Positions 37,446-50,570 of a DNA stretch of 64,000 nt are shown here, in pieces; the first letter of the stretch is position 1, and the number at the start of each line of letters is the position of its first letter. Source of the DNA: Zootoca vivipara. Its lineage: Eukaryota. Where the stretch lies: NCBI RefSeq assembly GCF_963506605.1, contig NC_083276.1, positions 81,592,001-81,656,000 on the forward strand, read 5' to 3'. Below the pieces are notes generated by a model. That model was not told where the DNA came from. It saw only the letters and a program-made list of their open reading frames with translations, and ran no database searches. The translations under genes and the position numbers were made by a program.

Positions 37446-37451
37446 TTTATT
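37446..37451 (-). terminator. Candidate ZDHHC5 polyA signal
   Basis: AATAAA on minus strand about 1.5 kb after the stop, followed by a GT/T-rich (TTTTG)n tract. Confidence 0.5.
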
Positions 37452-38957
37452 CCTCATTTTAAAATGGCTAGTCATAATAAAAATAAAAGTGTGGCCCATT
37501 GCAGGCCACAGTAAAGATATTGCCATAGAGAAAGAGTCAGTAGCGACTGGAGATTGTTTGATTCCTGGGTTGCTCTGATTTTTACTCATGGGCTTTTAGG
37601 GGTTGAAAGTTTTTTGGCATATGGAAAAATATTGCTTTTTGGTTTGTTTGTTTTCCCTCTTCTTTCTGTTGCCCAGTTTGTGAATAAAGAACCATGATAC
37701 CACAATAAATCAATATGGAACAAATCATAAAAGCAATGTAAAAAACCACCTGGGGGAGGGATTTACTAAATACAAGTAATATATCCACATAGGCGACACA
37801 GCTCCAATGCCACTGCCACCCTCCTCCTGCTCAGCACCCAAAGCACGATCCTGTATCCTTATAGTATGCAACTGGCACCTGTGCATGCTGATTGGCCTGG
37901 TTTGTAGGGTATGGCATCCTTTCACTGGGAGTCATTTTACTGAGAAGTCAAAGCCTGCCTGGAGCTGAAAACATGGGAAGCCAAACACTCCCATAGTCTT
38001 CTTAACCCCACCCCCAAGCCCCCCAGAAAAGGAGGATTTATTCATAGAGAAAATCTTCCAGAAGGATAGAGCAAGGATTAGGAAGCCTTTGTCTATTCCC
38101 TTCATTTCCTGGAAAGGACAATCCAGAGTGGGGCAGAACAAGCCAAACTCAAGCCTGGCCACAGGCACTGGGATGACCAGGTCAGTGGTACCAATTAGGT
38201 AACATATTAGCATTTCCTCAGCCATACTTGTCCAAGGATAGTGATTTAACAGCAGTTTTTGTATTTTGCCTGACCCATTCAAACGTAAACGAAATGATTA
38301 ATACAGCCCTTTGGACTCCTCCAAAATTAAAATGCTCCATACATGGCTTCCTCAGGCCCAGCTAATGGGGTCTGCCAGGGCCACCCCACGCTCCATATGG
38401 ATATATATATATATATTTTAATATTTATATTTATATATTTATAGATATTTATATATACACACACCCAGTAACTCAGAACAGGAAAAAATAGCATCCGTTA
38501 ACAATAAAAAAATTTAGAAATGATCCACTCCTACCGCACTAGGCGAGCAATTGCACAAGGTCCACAACTGACTGTCCTGTTGGTAGTGGGGCAGCCTGCA
38601 GCCTGTACCTTCTCTCACAGAGGGTGCTGAGAGCAACTCCCTCCCCTTCTCTCTGGGCAGTGTGCGCTACAAATTGCAGTCTCTTTCTTGGTTGAGAGGA
38701 AGAGTGCAGGCTGTGGAGATGAGCAAGGCTAGAATCCTGCTGTAGTGTTTAGGGACTCTCCCAATACCAGATACTTTAGTTTAAAAAGGTAGCTGTCCCT
38801 TCAGCTCTCCCCCCTGCAAAAAAACTGTATTTGTAAAAAAAGGTCCATGCATCTGATGGGGCAACCATTTGGTGAGCAAGTCCCAATCTCCTGCTCATCA
38901 GGGATAGAGCATTTTGGAATCAGCCATGGAGGAGTCAACAGTGGGGATATCACCTCC

Positions 38958-39123
38958 TCATACAGAGATCTCATACGTAGTCCCACCCACTCCAGAGACC
39001 TTCTTGACTCCTCCACGAGTGGGGCTGCTGAGAGGTGGCTGACCAGGGGTGGGCGAGGTTGAGCTCAGGCTTTTGGGCTGTCCATTGGACTTGCTGTAGG
39101 AGGGTCTCATCTGCATCTCGTCT
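38958..39123 (-). CDS. ZDHHC5: Palmitoyltransferase ZDHHC5, last exon
   Basis: [17 protein letters not shown]...[18 protein letters not shown] with PDZ ligand EISV. Confidence 0.96.
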
Positions 39124-40009
39124 CTGGGGAAAAGGAAGGATACATGGATGTCAGGAAGTGACCACTCATTCAATGGCAATGGAAATGGAGGATGCCTCAC
39201 ACTCGGTAAGGAAAGGAAAGCTTGGGATACATCTTGCACTGCCTAAGGAACAGTGCACCTTTTGTATCTACGGAAAACTTATTCTAAATACTTTTTACCA
39301 CCCAGCTAAACACACTAATCTAGAAGATAGAATACTACACACAGAGAATTATTAAGAAAAGATGCTACATGTACCCAATACAACACTCTCTAGAAGGAAA
39401 AAAAGGAGGTGCAGTGGGAAGAAAGCTTTTTAGGAAACTGACAGAAGGGCTCATGCTTCCACCATCATGAGAGGACCAGGTGATTTCTTACAATCTGTCC
39501 TTTCCCTGGTGGACCCAAGTGTCTCATTCATGCATGCCAACAAGACAGGGAAAAGGACCACACTTGGGTTAGGTAGAAAGGCAGACATAAATATAAAAGT
39601 TTTATATATGAGGTAGAAACCAAGCAGCTTTCACACAGATCCAGGTATCTTTTAGGGAAGCCAATGACCATCACACACACCCAAGGAAAGTAGGGGTGTT
39701 CAAAGCCACACACACTTCACAAAAAGGAATGCAGTACTCTGGAGATATGCACTGCATTGTATAGTGGAGGAAATGGGCTGGTTCACACACTGGAGGGAAG
39801 GAAGGAAAGGAGGGAGGGAGGAAAGGGCAGACGAGTGCAGGCATTATTTGTAGATCTCCCCCAGCCACTCCCTCCAAATGCTGCTGAAAGGAACAAAAAT
39901 TATCTTGGGGTCTCTGGTCAGATCAGAGATAGGACAGGGTTGAATGCGGCTCTTCCTCCACCAAGTCAAGGAACACTTAAAGCGTGAGGCAGGTGTCACT
40001 TGTACTTAC

Positions 40010-40899
40010 TTTGGTGCCAGTAAAGGCTGCAAGGCCACCTCCTCAGTCTCTGGGACAATGGCCTGCGAGGACTGTTTTTGGCTGCTGTAAGACACAGATT
40101 TGCCCAAGTGTGGGGCTGCAGGCTGGTCTGGTGAGCCCAGAGAGCGCACTCTGAGTGCATGTGGTGGTTCTGGCTTGCCAAAGCGAGGTGGCACTGGGCG
40201 GGTGAGTGGGTTCTTGCCCAGAGGGGAGCGTTTTGAATCGTCCGAGGAGGAGCTGGTACGTGGAGCATTACTGGAGCCTGGGGTGGACTGGATGCCTGAG
40301 TCCCCCAGTGCTGTATCCTCCTCTCTGGCCAGGGGTGGTGGCATGGGTGACTGCTGTAGCAGCTTCTCCCGCTCCTGCATGGAGGCCACAATGTGGCGCG
40401 AAAGATTGTCATAACGGACAGGTGAAGGGTCACGGGGTGGCTGGTGCTTCGGTGAGCCAGAACTTGGGAAACGACTGTGCAGGTCAGCCTCCCGCTGCTG
40501 GGCAATACGTGCCGAGAGGAAAGGAGATGTGTAGCCCATGGGGGCCTCTGGCTCTGGGCCTGCCTGCACTGACTCAAAGTCAGGGCTGTCAGAGGGTGTG
40601 AGAAGACTGTCGTAGGACAAGCTCCCATTGCGTGTCTGGTTCACCAAGCTCTTGTAAGATGTGGATGTGGTGCCCTCAGAGCGGATCGACTGAAGATGGC
40701 CCAATTCAAAGCCCATGCCTTGGGCAGACTTGAGGCTGGATGAACGGGAGCCACTGGATAGTGGATCAAAATGGAAACTTTTGCCAAAAGTGGGAGACCG
40801 AAAACTCTCTGGCTCCAGACTTGGCTCAGAACGGTAGCTGGGGTTTCGACTGCCCTCAGCAATGGAGGTTGCCTCCTTCAAGCTGTCTCCTCGACTTAG
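40010..40899 (-). CDS. ZDHHC5: ZDHHC5 large C-terminal exon
   Basis: LSRGDSLKE...[26 protein letters not shown]...[15 protein letters not shown]...PLLAP; 890 nt. Confidence 0.96.
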
Positions 40900-41836
40900 C
40901 TACAGCAGGGGAGAAGGGGGAAGAGGAACATATGCAACAATAATTAGTAAGCCTCCTGGACTGTGGATATTAATTCATAACTATTGGGTGCAGAGTTTGC
41001 TTTCTCAAAGCTCCCATAAGCAAGGACCTCTGCTTACTGTAAATGAAGTTCCCACATTTCTTGATGCAGAAGCCTCATTTTTTTCAAAAACATTGTAAAC
41101 ACAATAATGTAAGCTAGATAATCAAGTTGTTTACTTATTAAGAGTCAATGTGGTGTAACAGACTTTTAGACTTGGACCTTGGTTTAAATCCCCCCAGAGC
41201 TGTAAAGTTCATTGTGTGTCATTGGCTCAGTCGCATTCCTTCAGTCTAACCTATTTCACAGGATTGCTTTATACATAGCAAAATAGGAAGCTGCCTTATG
41301 CAGAATCTGTATAGCTAAATGTAGACACGGATAGGCAATGGATCTCTATGGACCTATCTCTTCCAGCTCTTGCTGGAGATGCTGAGGATTGAACCTGGGA
41401 TCTTCTGCTTCCAAGCATATATTCTACCACTGAGGTATACAGACCATTCTTTATATAAAGTAGAACAACCTCATTTATTTCACCCAGAGCTCCACCAAGG
41501 GTACTGTATTTACAAAGGTAAAAGGAAATTCATTTTTGGAGGGTCTTATTTAATAAATCATTACTTCACTGATCAAATTCTAGCCAGCTATAGAAGAAGC
41601 ATTAAGAGTTTAATAGGGGAGCATTTACACGTATTCACCATTACATCTAACATCAAGCTGAAGTGGTTGAGTGCCAGTAAAAAATAGCGCCAACCCAAGA
41701 TAAGGTAATGGTTTCTACATACTAATGGGATTCCCTAGGTAGGAAGAAATACATAGATTGATGAATTAAAAGAAAAGGCAATGCTTACAGAGCCTGAAAG
41801 GTTCTTAGCTTCCACATTTACAAGAAGGGACTAAAT

Positions 41837-42209
41837 CAGGGTGGCTAACCTGTGGCTTGTATCTAACCCATAAAAGGATTTTTGTGCTCCCTCAAGACTA
41901 CCCTCAAAACCTGACAAAAAATTTTTTAACTGATCGCTCTTGTTCCTTCCCCTGTGCTGACATGATACCATAAAGTTTTTGAGTCCCCATCCAAAGATTT
42001 GTCCATTAAAAAAGGAATAATAAAAAGTACCAGTATTTAGAATATCATACAATAACTGACAGGAAATCTTTTTGAAAGGCAGTCTTGAGAACTGCAATTC
42101 TCACCACAACTACTTTTACAAATTGGCAACACCCACTTTGAAATATGGTCCCAAGGGCTGCTAATGCGTCAATGCAGCCCTTGGCCTAAACAAGATTAGC
42201 TACTCTTGG
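41837..42209. mobile_element. Old hAT-like DNA transposon remnant
   Basis: cagggtggctaacctg...gattagctactcttg imperfect TIRs. Confidence 0.45.
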
Positions 42210-42354
42210 TCTAACCAGAAGTTGGGCACTCATAATGAGTCTAACTAGTTTTTGCTTGAGAACTTATGTATTTATTTAAATTTCTATGCCGCCCTTCATC
42301 TGGGGAATCACAGGGCAGTTTACAATATAGAAACACAAAAATACCTAACCTAGT

Positions 42355-42597
42355 AAGGACCCCTGGACAGTTAGGTCCAGCCAAAGGCAACTGTGGGGTG
42401 TGGCGCTCATCTTGCTTTCAGGCCGAGGGAGCTGGTGTTTGTCCACAGACAGCTTTCCAGATCAAGCGGCCAGCACAACTAAATCGCTTCTGGCACAACG
42501 GAACACTGCGACGGAAACCAGAGTGCATGGAAATGCAGTTTACCTTCCCGCCACAGCGGTACCTTTTTATTTACTCACACTGGCATGCTTTCGAACA
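42355..42597 (-). mobile_element. Truncated Sauria SINE nested in an L2-like 3' fragment (about 42266-42815)
   Basis: SINE body (ggcgctcatc...gtttaccttcccgcc...ctttcgaac) flanked by L2-like tail sequence on both sides. Confidence 0.7.
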
Positions 42598-43366
42598 TAG
42601 TAACAGATAATAACAACAATAACCCCGCCACACACACTTTAAAAGGCCATAGTTTAATTAGCCAAAGGCCTGGGAGAAGAGGAATGCTTCTGCCTGGTCC
42701 CTAAAGATATGTAACGAAGGTACCAGGCAAGCCTCCCTGGGGAAAGCATTCCACAATGGGGAGCCCACCGCAGAAAAGGCCTGTTCTCATGCTATTGCCT
42801 CTGGACCCTTCATGGAGATTTGCTTTTGGAAAAAACAACAACACACTATTGCACTGTAAGACCCTTACCACCACTGTAAGACCCTTACCACAATACTTTT
42901 TGTTGTTTTTCTGGTGACAAGACTAAATCAGCTGCTCCTCAGGAAACTGCTTATTAGATGTACACCAATTTGGGCAGGTAAGGTCTGACCACAAAACAGT
43001 GCGATCAAGAAATAGGAAAATGGTAGTGAGACTCACACACTATTGGATGGCAGTAAGGAGCATGGAAATAGGAACTGGAGTTCATGGGAAGAGACAGAGA
43101 ACTGAAATTGGTGAAATGGTTATTCTGGCCAAAGAAAGACCCCTCTCGGCCCCATGATTCCCAACATTGTACCATGCTAGAATTCTCCATTTATGGCATA
43201 ATAGTAGCTGTACAATACACTAGAGAAATTTCTTATAGAGAAATTGTCAAATTAAGGCAGTAAACCACTGCACAGTCTCAAAGAGAATTCCCTTTCCAAC
43301 TCCACATCCTGCATGGTCTCCTGAAAACCCCCCTCTTCATATTTAACTACCTTAGTTCTTCATTAC

Positions 43367-43479
43367 CTTGGCGCTGGTGGAGTGAGGCAGTGCAGCTGAA
43401 GTACTGCTGCTGCTATAGCCAGGTCGGTACTTGTACATTGTTGGAGTTGGAGGGCTGTCCTTGCTTAGCAAACTGCTAT
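43367..43479 (-). CDS. ZDHHC5: ZDHHC5 exon
   Basis: [38 protein letters not shown]; 113 nt. Confidence 0.95.
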
Positions 43480-44411
43480 CTGTGGAGATAAATGGGAATC
43501 ACACACATACTTACAAGCAATATTATATAGTTACTTACAGCTTTTCCTGGGGAGTTCCCAACAATCCTGGTTTGAACGCTTTTGCAGAAGTTCCACATAT
43601 CACAAGTGACTGATCCGTGAGAACCAGTTAAGAGCCTCAGGCAGGTGGACACACCATGGAGGTCAAGGAATCAGTCAGGAGGTAAGGGGTGTATTGCAGG
43701 AGTGGAGGTGAAATGGAGCAAGAGGAACATTTCCTCAATAATGACATCACACAAGAAGCTTCCAATCTGTACATGCACACCTTGGTAGTCCTGACCCTTT
43801 GGGTGTTCAATTTTGAGCACTGCTAGAGGGAAACAGTAGCACTGACTAGAAAAGAAAGCTCCAAGCATTTCTCCATGATCACATTTTCTTTCAAGGTGCT
43901 ACACCCTTTGGAAACACTAGAGCAACAGCAAAAGCAGGTGGTTTCACAACTACGTGAATTGGGAAATAACATTAGCCTTCTGTTATTGTTCTATATAAGC
44001 TCTATGACAGATGAACAAAGCACAGACCTGTCCTTCCAAATAACCCCCGTTTCCACACTCAGAAGAGGGAGGAACAGTCAATAAATCCCCAAATCCTGAC
44101 AGCAGCCTTCACATGTGGACAAGAGCTAAAGCTGGATATTTACATGATCGTAACATCTAAAAGGTCATAACCTAGCTACCAACTCAGCAACTGCTCTAAT
44201 AACCTGCCTGAGCACTGAGGCAAGCAGGCGGCTGTATGGTCAGCAGTGCTGTGAATACCAGCACAGAGCTGCCACTGGCTTTTGCAAACGGTTCAGTACT
44301 GACTAGCTTCACTACTTGGTACTGCAGTCAGAGACTACTTCTCTGATGGCAGATCACTGTAGAAGTGCACAGCTGATTGGATCCTCTGTCTCCCTGGAAT
44401 GCTCCTCTTAC

Positions 44412-44535
44412 CCTCATTGGTGGCCAGGGTTAAATGCGTCCTCAGACCTGTGTAGCGGCTGAGGTCTGGCTTGGGTGGTGGCGGTGGCTCAGCATCAGCA
44501 GACTGGCTCTCCGTCACCTCAAGGCTTCCTTTGGA
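44412..44535 (-). CDS. ZDHHC5: ZDHHC5 exon
   Basis: [41 protein letters not shown]; 124 nt. Confidence 0.95.
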
Positions 44536-44929
44536 CTGCAGAGACAAAGTGCAGAAGAATGAGACAGGACCCAAAGTCCTGAGCATTGTCCCCAGCTCTA
44601 AAAGGTTGAAAGTGTTATTAGAAGGACCTGCAGCCATCTAGCATTTCTGCAAGTGTAGTTGTAGACTGTGCATGTCTCAGTTGCTGGATGAGAAGGGAAA
44701 GGGCAAGTAAAAATTATATAGGATATAAAAGGGGACAACTCTCATGCAGCAATAGTCACATGGGAGGAAAACAGACCTTCACTTGTCAGGGAAAACGAAG
44801 TACAAGGTGTGATAACATGGGGGAAGGATGTCCAAGAGGCTCATTTGGTTCCTACTCACGAATGCAGTGGCACCATCAAGGTCTGGAGAAAGCTAGTGCT
44901 TGGGTAGCACCTTCTCTCCTCCTCCTCAC

Positions 44930-45062
44930 CTTTGTTCTTTTTAGCTCAGCCTGGATACCGTTGTCCATTATCTTTACAGCAATCTGTCCATCTGATATTT
45001 CTGGTCGCAGGAATGGTGGCTTCACTGACACAGTCTGCTCTGCCTTTGGCCGTCCAAGATAC
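44930..45062 (-). CDS. ZDHHC5: ZDHHC5 exon
   Basis: [44 protein letters not shown]; 133 nt. Confidence 0.95.
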
Positions 45063-45922
45063 CTAGTGAATCATGGGAAGTCAGCAAAGATGAGACAGTG
45101 CCTCCTGCAAACATGTGAAGCAATGATGATGTTTACATGCTCTGGCAAGAAAGTCTGAGGAATGTTTGAGGCATGAAGTTATTTGTATCCAAAGAACTGC
45201 AAAGGCAATACTACAGGTCACAGTTTCACTCATTCTCTAGAATCGAGTCCCGGTATCACCTGTGGTTTCATTGTACATTCCCTTATGCGCCTCCCTGCTA
45301 TACAGAATGCACTCAAAGTAGTGTCTTTATACTCTTTGAGTTCCTGTTACATTACAGGCCATATTGCCACAGTGAAGGAAGAAAGTTAAGTAGTGATGTG
45401 ACAATATCTGAGAGAATGTACATTTCCCTGGTGTAAGTGTGCTGTCAAAACAATTTTTTTAAACAAAATACTTAACAAACTGATCTATAACAGATCACAC
45501 TAGTTGAGAACAAAAACAAGCCAAGGTGCATTTTTTATCCCTTTGTTTCTCAGGATAGGAACCTTGGATTAAAAACTGAACACAGCCATCCTTCAAGGAT
45601 ATAAGGCATTGGGGAACAAGATATACCTTATATCTAGGAAAACTGCAGAAAATTAGAGGCCAAGAGATAACTCTGGAGAGCTCAGTCACCAAAACAAAAC
45701 AGATGAATAATTACAAAAAGTGTCAAATCATGGAGTAAGTAATGCATTCCTTCTTCACAAGTTACATTCATTGATGTAATAAAAGTAAACAGCTTTTTCA
45801 CACCTGTAGTCTGTTCACACTTATAGGCAGCTGTGATGAGTGCAAAACACAGAGCACGCTGAAATAGTTTATACATGAAACACTAATAAATGCTGAGCAG
45901 CGATTTAGTGGATTATGATTTA

Positions 45923-46291
45923 CATGTAAAACTCGGAAAATTAGAATATCATTGAAAAGGGCATTTATTTCAGTAATGCAACTTAATATTTTTATTTTTG
46001 TTTTAATTTTTTACAAATGCTTTCTTTTGGAAATTCCACAGTAATAAAACAAATAGTTACAATAATACAAAAATAAACAAAAACAAACATCGCTATTACA
46101 TTTCATTAATTACATTCCATTTATAATTGACCCGCCTAACGACAAATCATTACAATTACAACAAATAAAGGCTTGATATATCTTGCTTTGCATGTCATGC
46201 ATCTATCTAATATATTGTTTTCACCTTTTAAGTTGCATTACTGAAATAAATGCACTTTTCGATGATATTCTAATTTTTCGAGTTTCACCTG
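45923..46291. mobile_element. Tc1/mariner MITE
   Basis: About 65-bp TIRs (aaactcggaaaattagaatatc...gatattctaatttttcgagtttcacctg) with TA TSD. Confidence 0.85.
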
Positions 46292-46718
46292 TACATGAGT
46301 ACAGACATGTAGTGATATAAAGTCATATAGAGTTCTGTTCTCTCTAAAGTTACATACATAGGTGTGAGGAACACTAGAGCTGTTGGAATTGGAGGTATCA
46401 AGGAAACATCACAGAATTATCTACTGTTAATGAGCCTTGCATATCACCTCAAGCAGGAATACCACATATTTTTGTTCTGTGGATAGTTCAAGTAAGCAAA
46501 GTCAGGAGAAGATAACTACTCCCAATCCACTCTCAAAGACTGATTATATTCAGTGGTATAGACACACCTTGACATACAGATCCCAGGAAAAACAGCCACT
46601 ATAAAAATTAATTAATCTTTCTCCCACATCTTTAGATAGTTGCCAGCAACCCCTTTCTTTACTAAAAACTACAAGAGGAAGAAGCTTATAGCTGCTGTGT
46701 CAAACTGTACTTCAAGGT

Positions 46719-46809
46719 CATAGCTGCCAAGTTTTCCCTTTTCTCGCGAGGAAGCCTATTCAGCATAAGGGAATTTCCCTTTAAAAAAAGGGAGAACTTG
46801 GCAGCTATG
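46719..46809. mobile_element. 91-bp hAT MITE (family B)
   Basis: TIR catagctgccaagtt/aacttggcagctatg; perfect 8-bp TSD ttcaaggt. Confidence 0.9.
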
Positions 46810-47006
46810 TTCAAGGTGCGATCTGGCTGTGAGCAATGACTTCCCACATCCCACCACTTCACTGTTGAAACCATTCATATGACTGATCCCAGAGAATATT
46901 CATCTGCTTTTCTGCTTGTCTCCATTAGGAATCAAGACAATCTAGCTCTTCTCTCTCCAAGAAAGAATAGGGCCTCTACAAATTTCTTAGGTGAAGCAGA
47001 ATTTAC

Positions 47007-47098
47007 CTAGGGGCTGGGGAGCTGCAGAGGACACGACTGACGTTCTTACAACAGCCATTGGTGAAAGGGTTTACTCCACCCCGGAATTTGCCTGTAAC
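47007..47098 (-). CDS. ZDHHC5: ZDHHC5 exon (PaCCT region)
   Basis: [31 protein letters not shown]; 92 nt. Confidence 0.96.
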
Positions 47099-47174
47099 CT
47101 GCAAGAAGAAAAGATATGTCAGGGAAACAGAGATACCATGTAGTGAAGTAAAAAACTAACTGTAAAATATCTAC

Positions 47175-47277
47175 CTGCTCATTTGTAGTGCGACCTCTGG
47201 CTACCAAGACCACATGGAATCCCGTAAGGCCTACAACAGGAATGAAAAACAAGCCAGCCACACACATCACAGCCATA
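47175..47277 (-). CDS. ZDHHC5: ZDHHC5 exon (TM4, TTxE)
   Basis: [34 protein letters not shown]; 103 nt. Confidence 0.96.
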
Positions 47278-47447
47278 CTGTCAACAAAGTCAAGGAAGCA
47301 ATTCATGAAGGACCAGCCTACAACTTTGTTTTTGGGATTCCTTTCCCTCCCACCACTCATCACAGTTGGCATTATCTCAGGTGAACAGCCCAACTGTTCA
47401 CCAGAATTTGATTAAGGAATTCCTTGCACTCTAGAAAAAGAGGATAC
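47278..47447 (-). other. U12-type (minor spliceosome) GT-AG intron
   Basis: Donor GTATCCTCTT; branch site TTCCTTGAC (47297-47289) 11 nt before the 3' end; weak pyrimidine tract. Confidence 0.85.
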
Positions 47448-47620
47448 GTGACGGCCATACGAATCCCAGAGAGCTCTTCAACTTGACACAGGACAAACAG
47501 CAAGCCAAAACCAAATACACCCATGATATGTGCTGTAAGTGAGAGCAGGAACAGGAAGAAATAGCGATAATTGCGCCGCCCAATACAGTTGTTTACCCAG
47601 GGACAGTGATGGTCAAATTC
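47448..47620 (-). CDS. ZDHHC5: ZDHHC5 exon (DHHC catalytic motif)
   Basis: [36 protein letters not shown]...; 173 nt. Confidence 0.97.
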
Positions 47621-48233
47621 CTATCAGTGAAAGGGTAAAGAACAGAGTTAGAAGGACATCACCTCTGTAAAACAATACTACACCTGTAGAACCCCTTGAA
47701 ACTCTGGGAAACCTGAATCCCACCCACAATTTTCATTTCCACAACAGAAGATGCAACTCCTATAACAAGGGTAAGAGTAGAATGGCTGTGGTCAACCAGC
47801 AGATTATAAATTATATTTGAATGGTGCCTCATCACCTCTCCTGCCTTTCAATATGTGTTAAAAACACTTGTACACACATCACCTTGAATTTCATTATGGA
47901 AGGTGAAAAATGAATATAAAATAAACAAACATGTATACTAGAGGAATATATTTTCTATGGATTACTTTACCCACAATTATGCAATTGATTCTGCCCCCTC
48001 CCTCTCAAACCACCATTTTGTATCAAGTGCCGGAGTGTGGACCCTGCGGGCTCTGGTAAAAAAGGAAAGCATGCAAGTCTGAGGTGTCTATCCCAACCTA
48101 TAACACACAAAACTGAATCTTGCAGCCCAAACAGTTATTGAACTGGATCTCAAAAATTACAGAATGTCCTAAGTTCATTATCAACAATCCAACAAGCAAT
48201 TCCAACACATCCCTTCTCTTCCCAGTCTCTTAC

Positions 48234-48391
48234 CTCCACACAGTTGTCGCAGACACTGCAATGAGAGCAGCGTGGGGGCCGGTAGAAGCGACACGTTGCA
48301 CACCATTTCATGCGCACTTGAATACCCTTTATCTCCACAGTCTTGTATAATGGAGCTCGGAAATCATCCTCCTTGTCCTCATCTTCTTCAG
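48234..48391 (-). CDS. ZDHHC5: ZDHHC5 exon (Cys-rich domain)
   Basis: [53 protein letters not shown]; 158 nt. Confidence 0.97.
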
Positions 48392-49378
48392 CTGAAGTAC
48401 CAAGAAAAAATTATAAAATCCAATGACGTGCAGAGCATGTCCAACATGTCCTTGCCCCCCCCCCCCCCGTTTCACAAACCCATTCACCTTAGCACTGACT
48501 TTTTGTTTTTGTGCTTCTGGTGAGACACCCTATCCCCTCACAAGTTTAGAGAAAAGGGGATGGATTATGCTGACCCTTGATCCATTTTGTAAATAAGCCC
48601 ACAATAGCTTGCAGGGTTGCTGTGTGTTTTTTTAAAGTCTAGGAGTCTAGCGTTCTGCGTGGTGTCTGCTATGGAATCCCAGGACACCAGCTTCTTAGCA
48701 GGCTTGTAAAAAAAGCTGTTTTGTCAAGAACGCACCCATAGGCTCGGCAGAGCTAAAGGATTGGCTTCCCTTCCTTCTCAGCCAGTACATAAAACAGAAC
48801 AGCAGTGGAAAAATCCATCTCTCCTCTGCTAGCTCACTCAGCTGCCTACATGGAATGAGCCTTACCACCTACAGTTACCAGTGAGTTGCTACATACTAGG
48901 CTGTCCTGTAAATAAGCCATGGAGAAGCTCTGAAAGCAGTAAGATACCAGGGTCTTCTGAGTGATCCCTGGACAGGAATAAACTCCCACTCATCTTGATG
49001 CTAGGCAGGAGAACAGGGTTTGTCCCCACAGCTAGAGCCTTCAAAAATTGTAGTGTGACACCACAATCAATACTCCCCCCCCCCCACCTTATACCAAGTT
49101 TGGTGGAAAGAACACCTTTGGCTAGCTATCAAGGCCAGCCAAAATTTGTAGAACCTCACCCCTCCCAAATATGGCAATAGCTTCCAATAATGAATCCTGC
49201 TGTTACATCCAACATAATTCACACTATAAACACTGTTGAGCTGGAAGATTCCTGCCTATTCAGATTACAATAATTTATGCTCTGGATCTGGAGAGTGGAA
49301 GTAGCCATCCCTAATCAAAACATTTTCAGATCAATCAGTGCCATAGAAATTGCTTCAAAGGCAATTTTCAGTTCTCAC

Positions 49379-49500
49379 CTCGAGGAAATATGCCTGGATC
49401 CATGAAGGTGGCCATACTAAAGTTGGCCAGCACAAAGAGGAAGACCACAGCATTGTAAATGGGAATGATTGGGGAGATATGCAAGCTAAGCCCTGGGCAC
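49379..49500 (-). CDS. ZDHHC5: ZDHHC5 second coding exon (most 5' exon found)
   Basis: [40 protein letters not shown] with DPG motif; 122 nt; the Met-containing exon was not found in 49501-64000. Confidence 0.95.
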
Positions 49501-50570
49501 CTGCACAAAGAAAAAGTAAGTTAAAACAGATCTATTAACATTTTAAGATTAACTATGAATTGATTCAACCTTAAGTAAAAGCACTGAGGTCATTCGACCT
49601 AAATAAACCTGGATAACCAGCAAATGGAAGAGAAAACTCATCAGGAGTTTTGGAGTAAAGTGACATCTGTAAACTGAGGGCACACAGTTCTATTTCGCTA
49701 TCACATCTGAATCAGGAGTAGTTGTGCAAGCCCTGGACCAGTACCTGAATGTGGTGATGGACTGGATGAGGGCTGAGTTTGAATTGTAGGAAGAGGGAGG
49801 TCCCATGGATAGGTGGTTCCCATGTCCCAAAGATAGAACAGTTGCCTGTTCTGGACAGGATCACACCCCCTCTAAAGGAGTATGTAGGTACCGGTAGCTT
49901 GGGATCCTACAAAGCCTATACTCTGCTCACTTCATAGCAAATGGCCAGCATTAATCCAAACATGCACGGGAACCCATTAACAGTGTGGAAGCATCACTCT
50001 GTTAAATCACTTAAGAATTAACAAAACAACATAAATATGCATTTCAACACATGGCCTATACCACCCACTTTGGTTCCCAAAGATGTGGATGAAGTTCTTC
50101 AAAACTATTCACTGAACAACAGATACATCTTCCAACACAAATCTGATTAGGTGTAATATTTGGATAACTCCAAAATGTGTAAAGTTCTTCAAGGTGAACC
50201 ACTGCTTATGTACCACTGCCGTCATGATCATATAGCATTGAGATCACCCAACTCTGTGTAGTACTGGTCTTCTGTGCTTTAAATAGTTGTATTTAAGTGG
50301 TATTTTCCCATTTATAGCAAATGTCAGCTCTGCTGAGGCTCAAGTACTGTAAATATTTTTAGTTTCTACTCACTCCAGTGATGAAGAACCCATTAACATA
50401 CATAGCTGAAATTCTTAATGATATAATGCTACTAGTGTTCCTATACATGCCAATGTGTACCTCTCACATTTATGTGAGCTCAATTTGTGCACTTGAAGTG
50501 CTGGGTAGTTTAAGCAAGCAGTTAGTATAGTAAAGTGCAAGTTGGAATGGCCCAGGTTCCAATTTTACCT

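Noticed and set aside
39996-40628. Alternative-frame and antisense ORFs over the large ZDHHC5 exon
   Set aside because: Shadow frames of GC-rich coding sequence
42852-42890. Short tandem duplications (also 17300-17348 and 21190-21222)
   Set aside because: Ordinary slippage duplications with no functional cue
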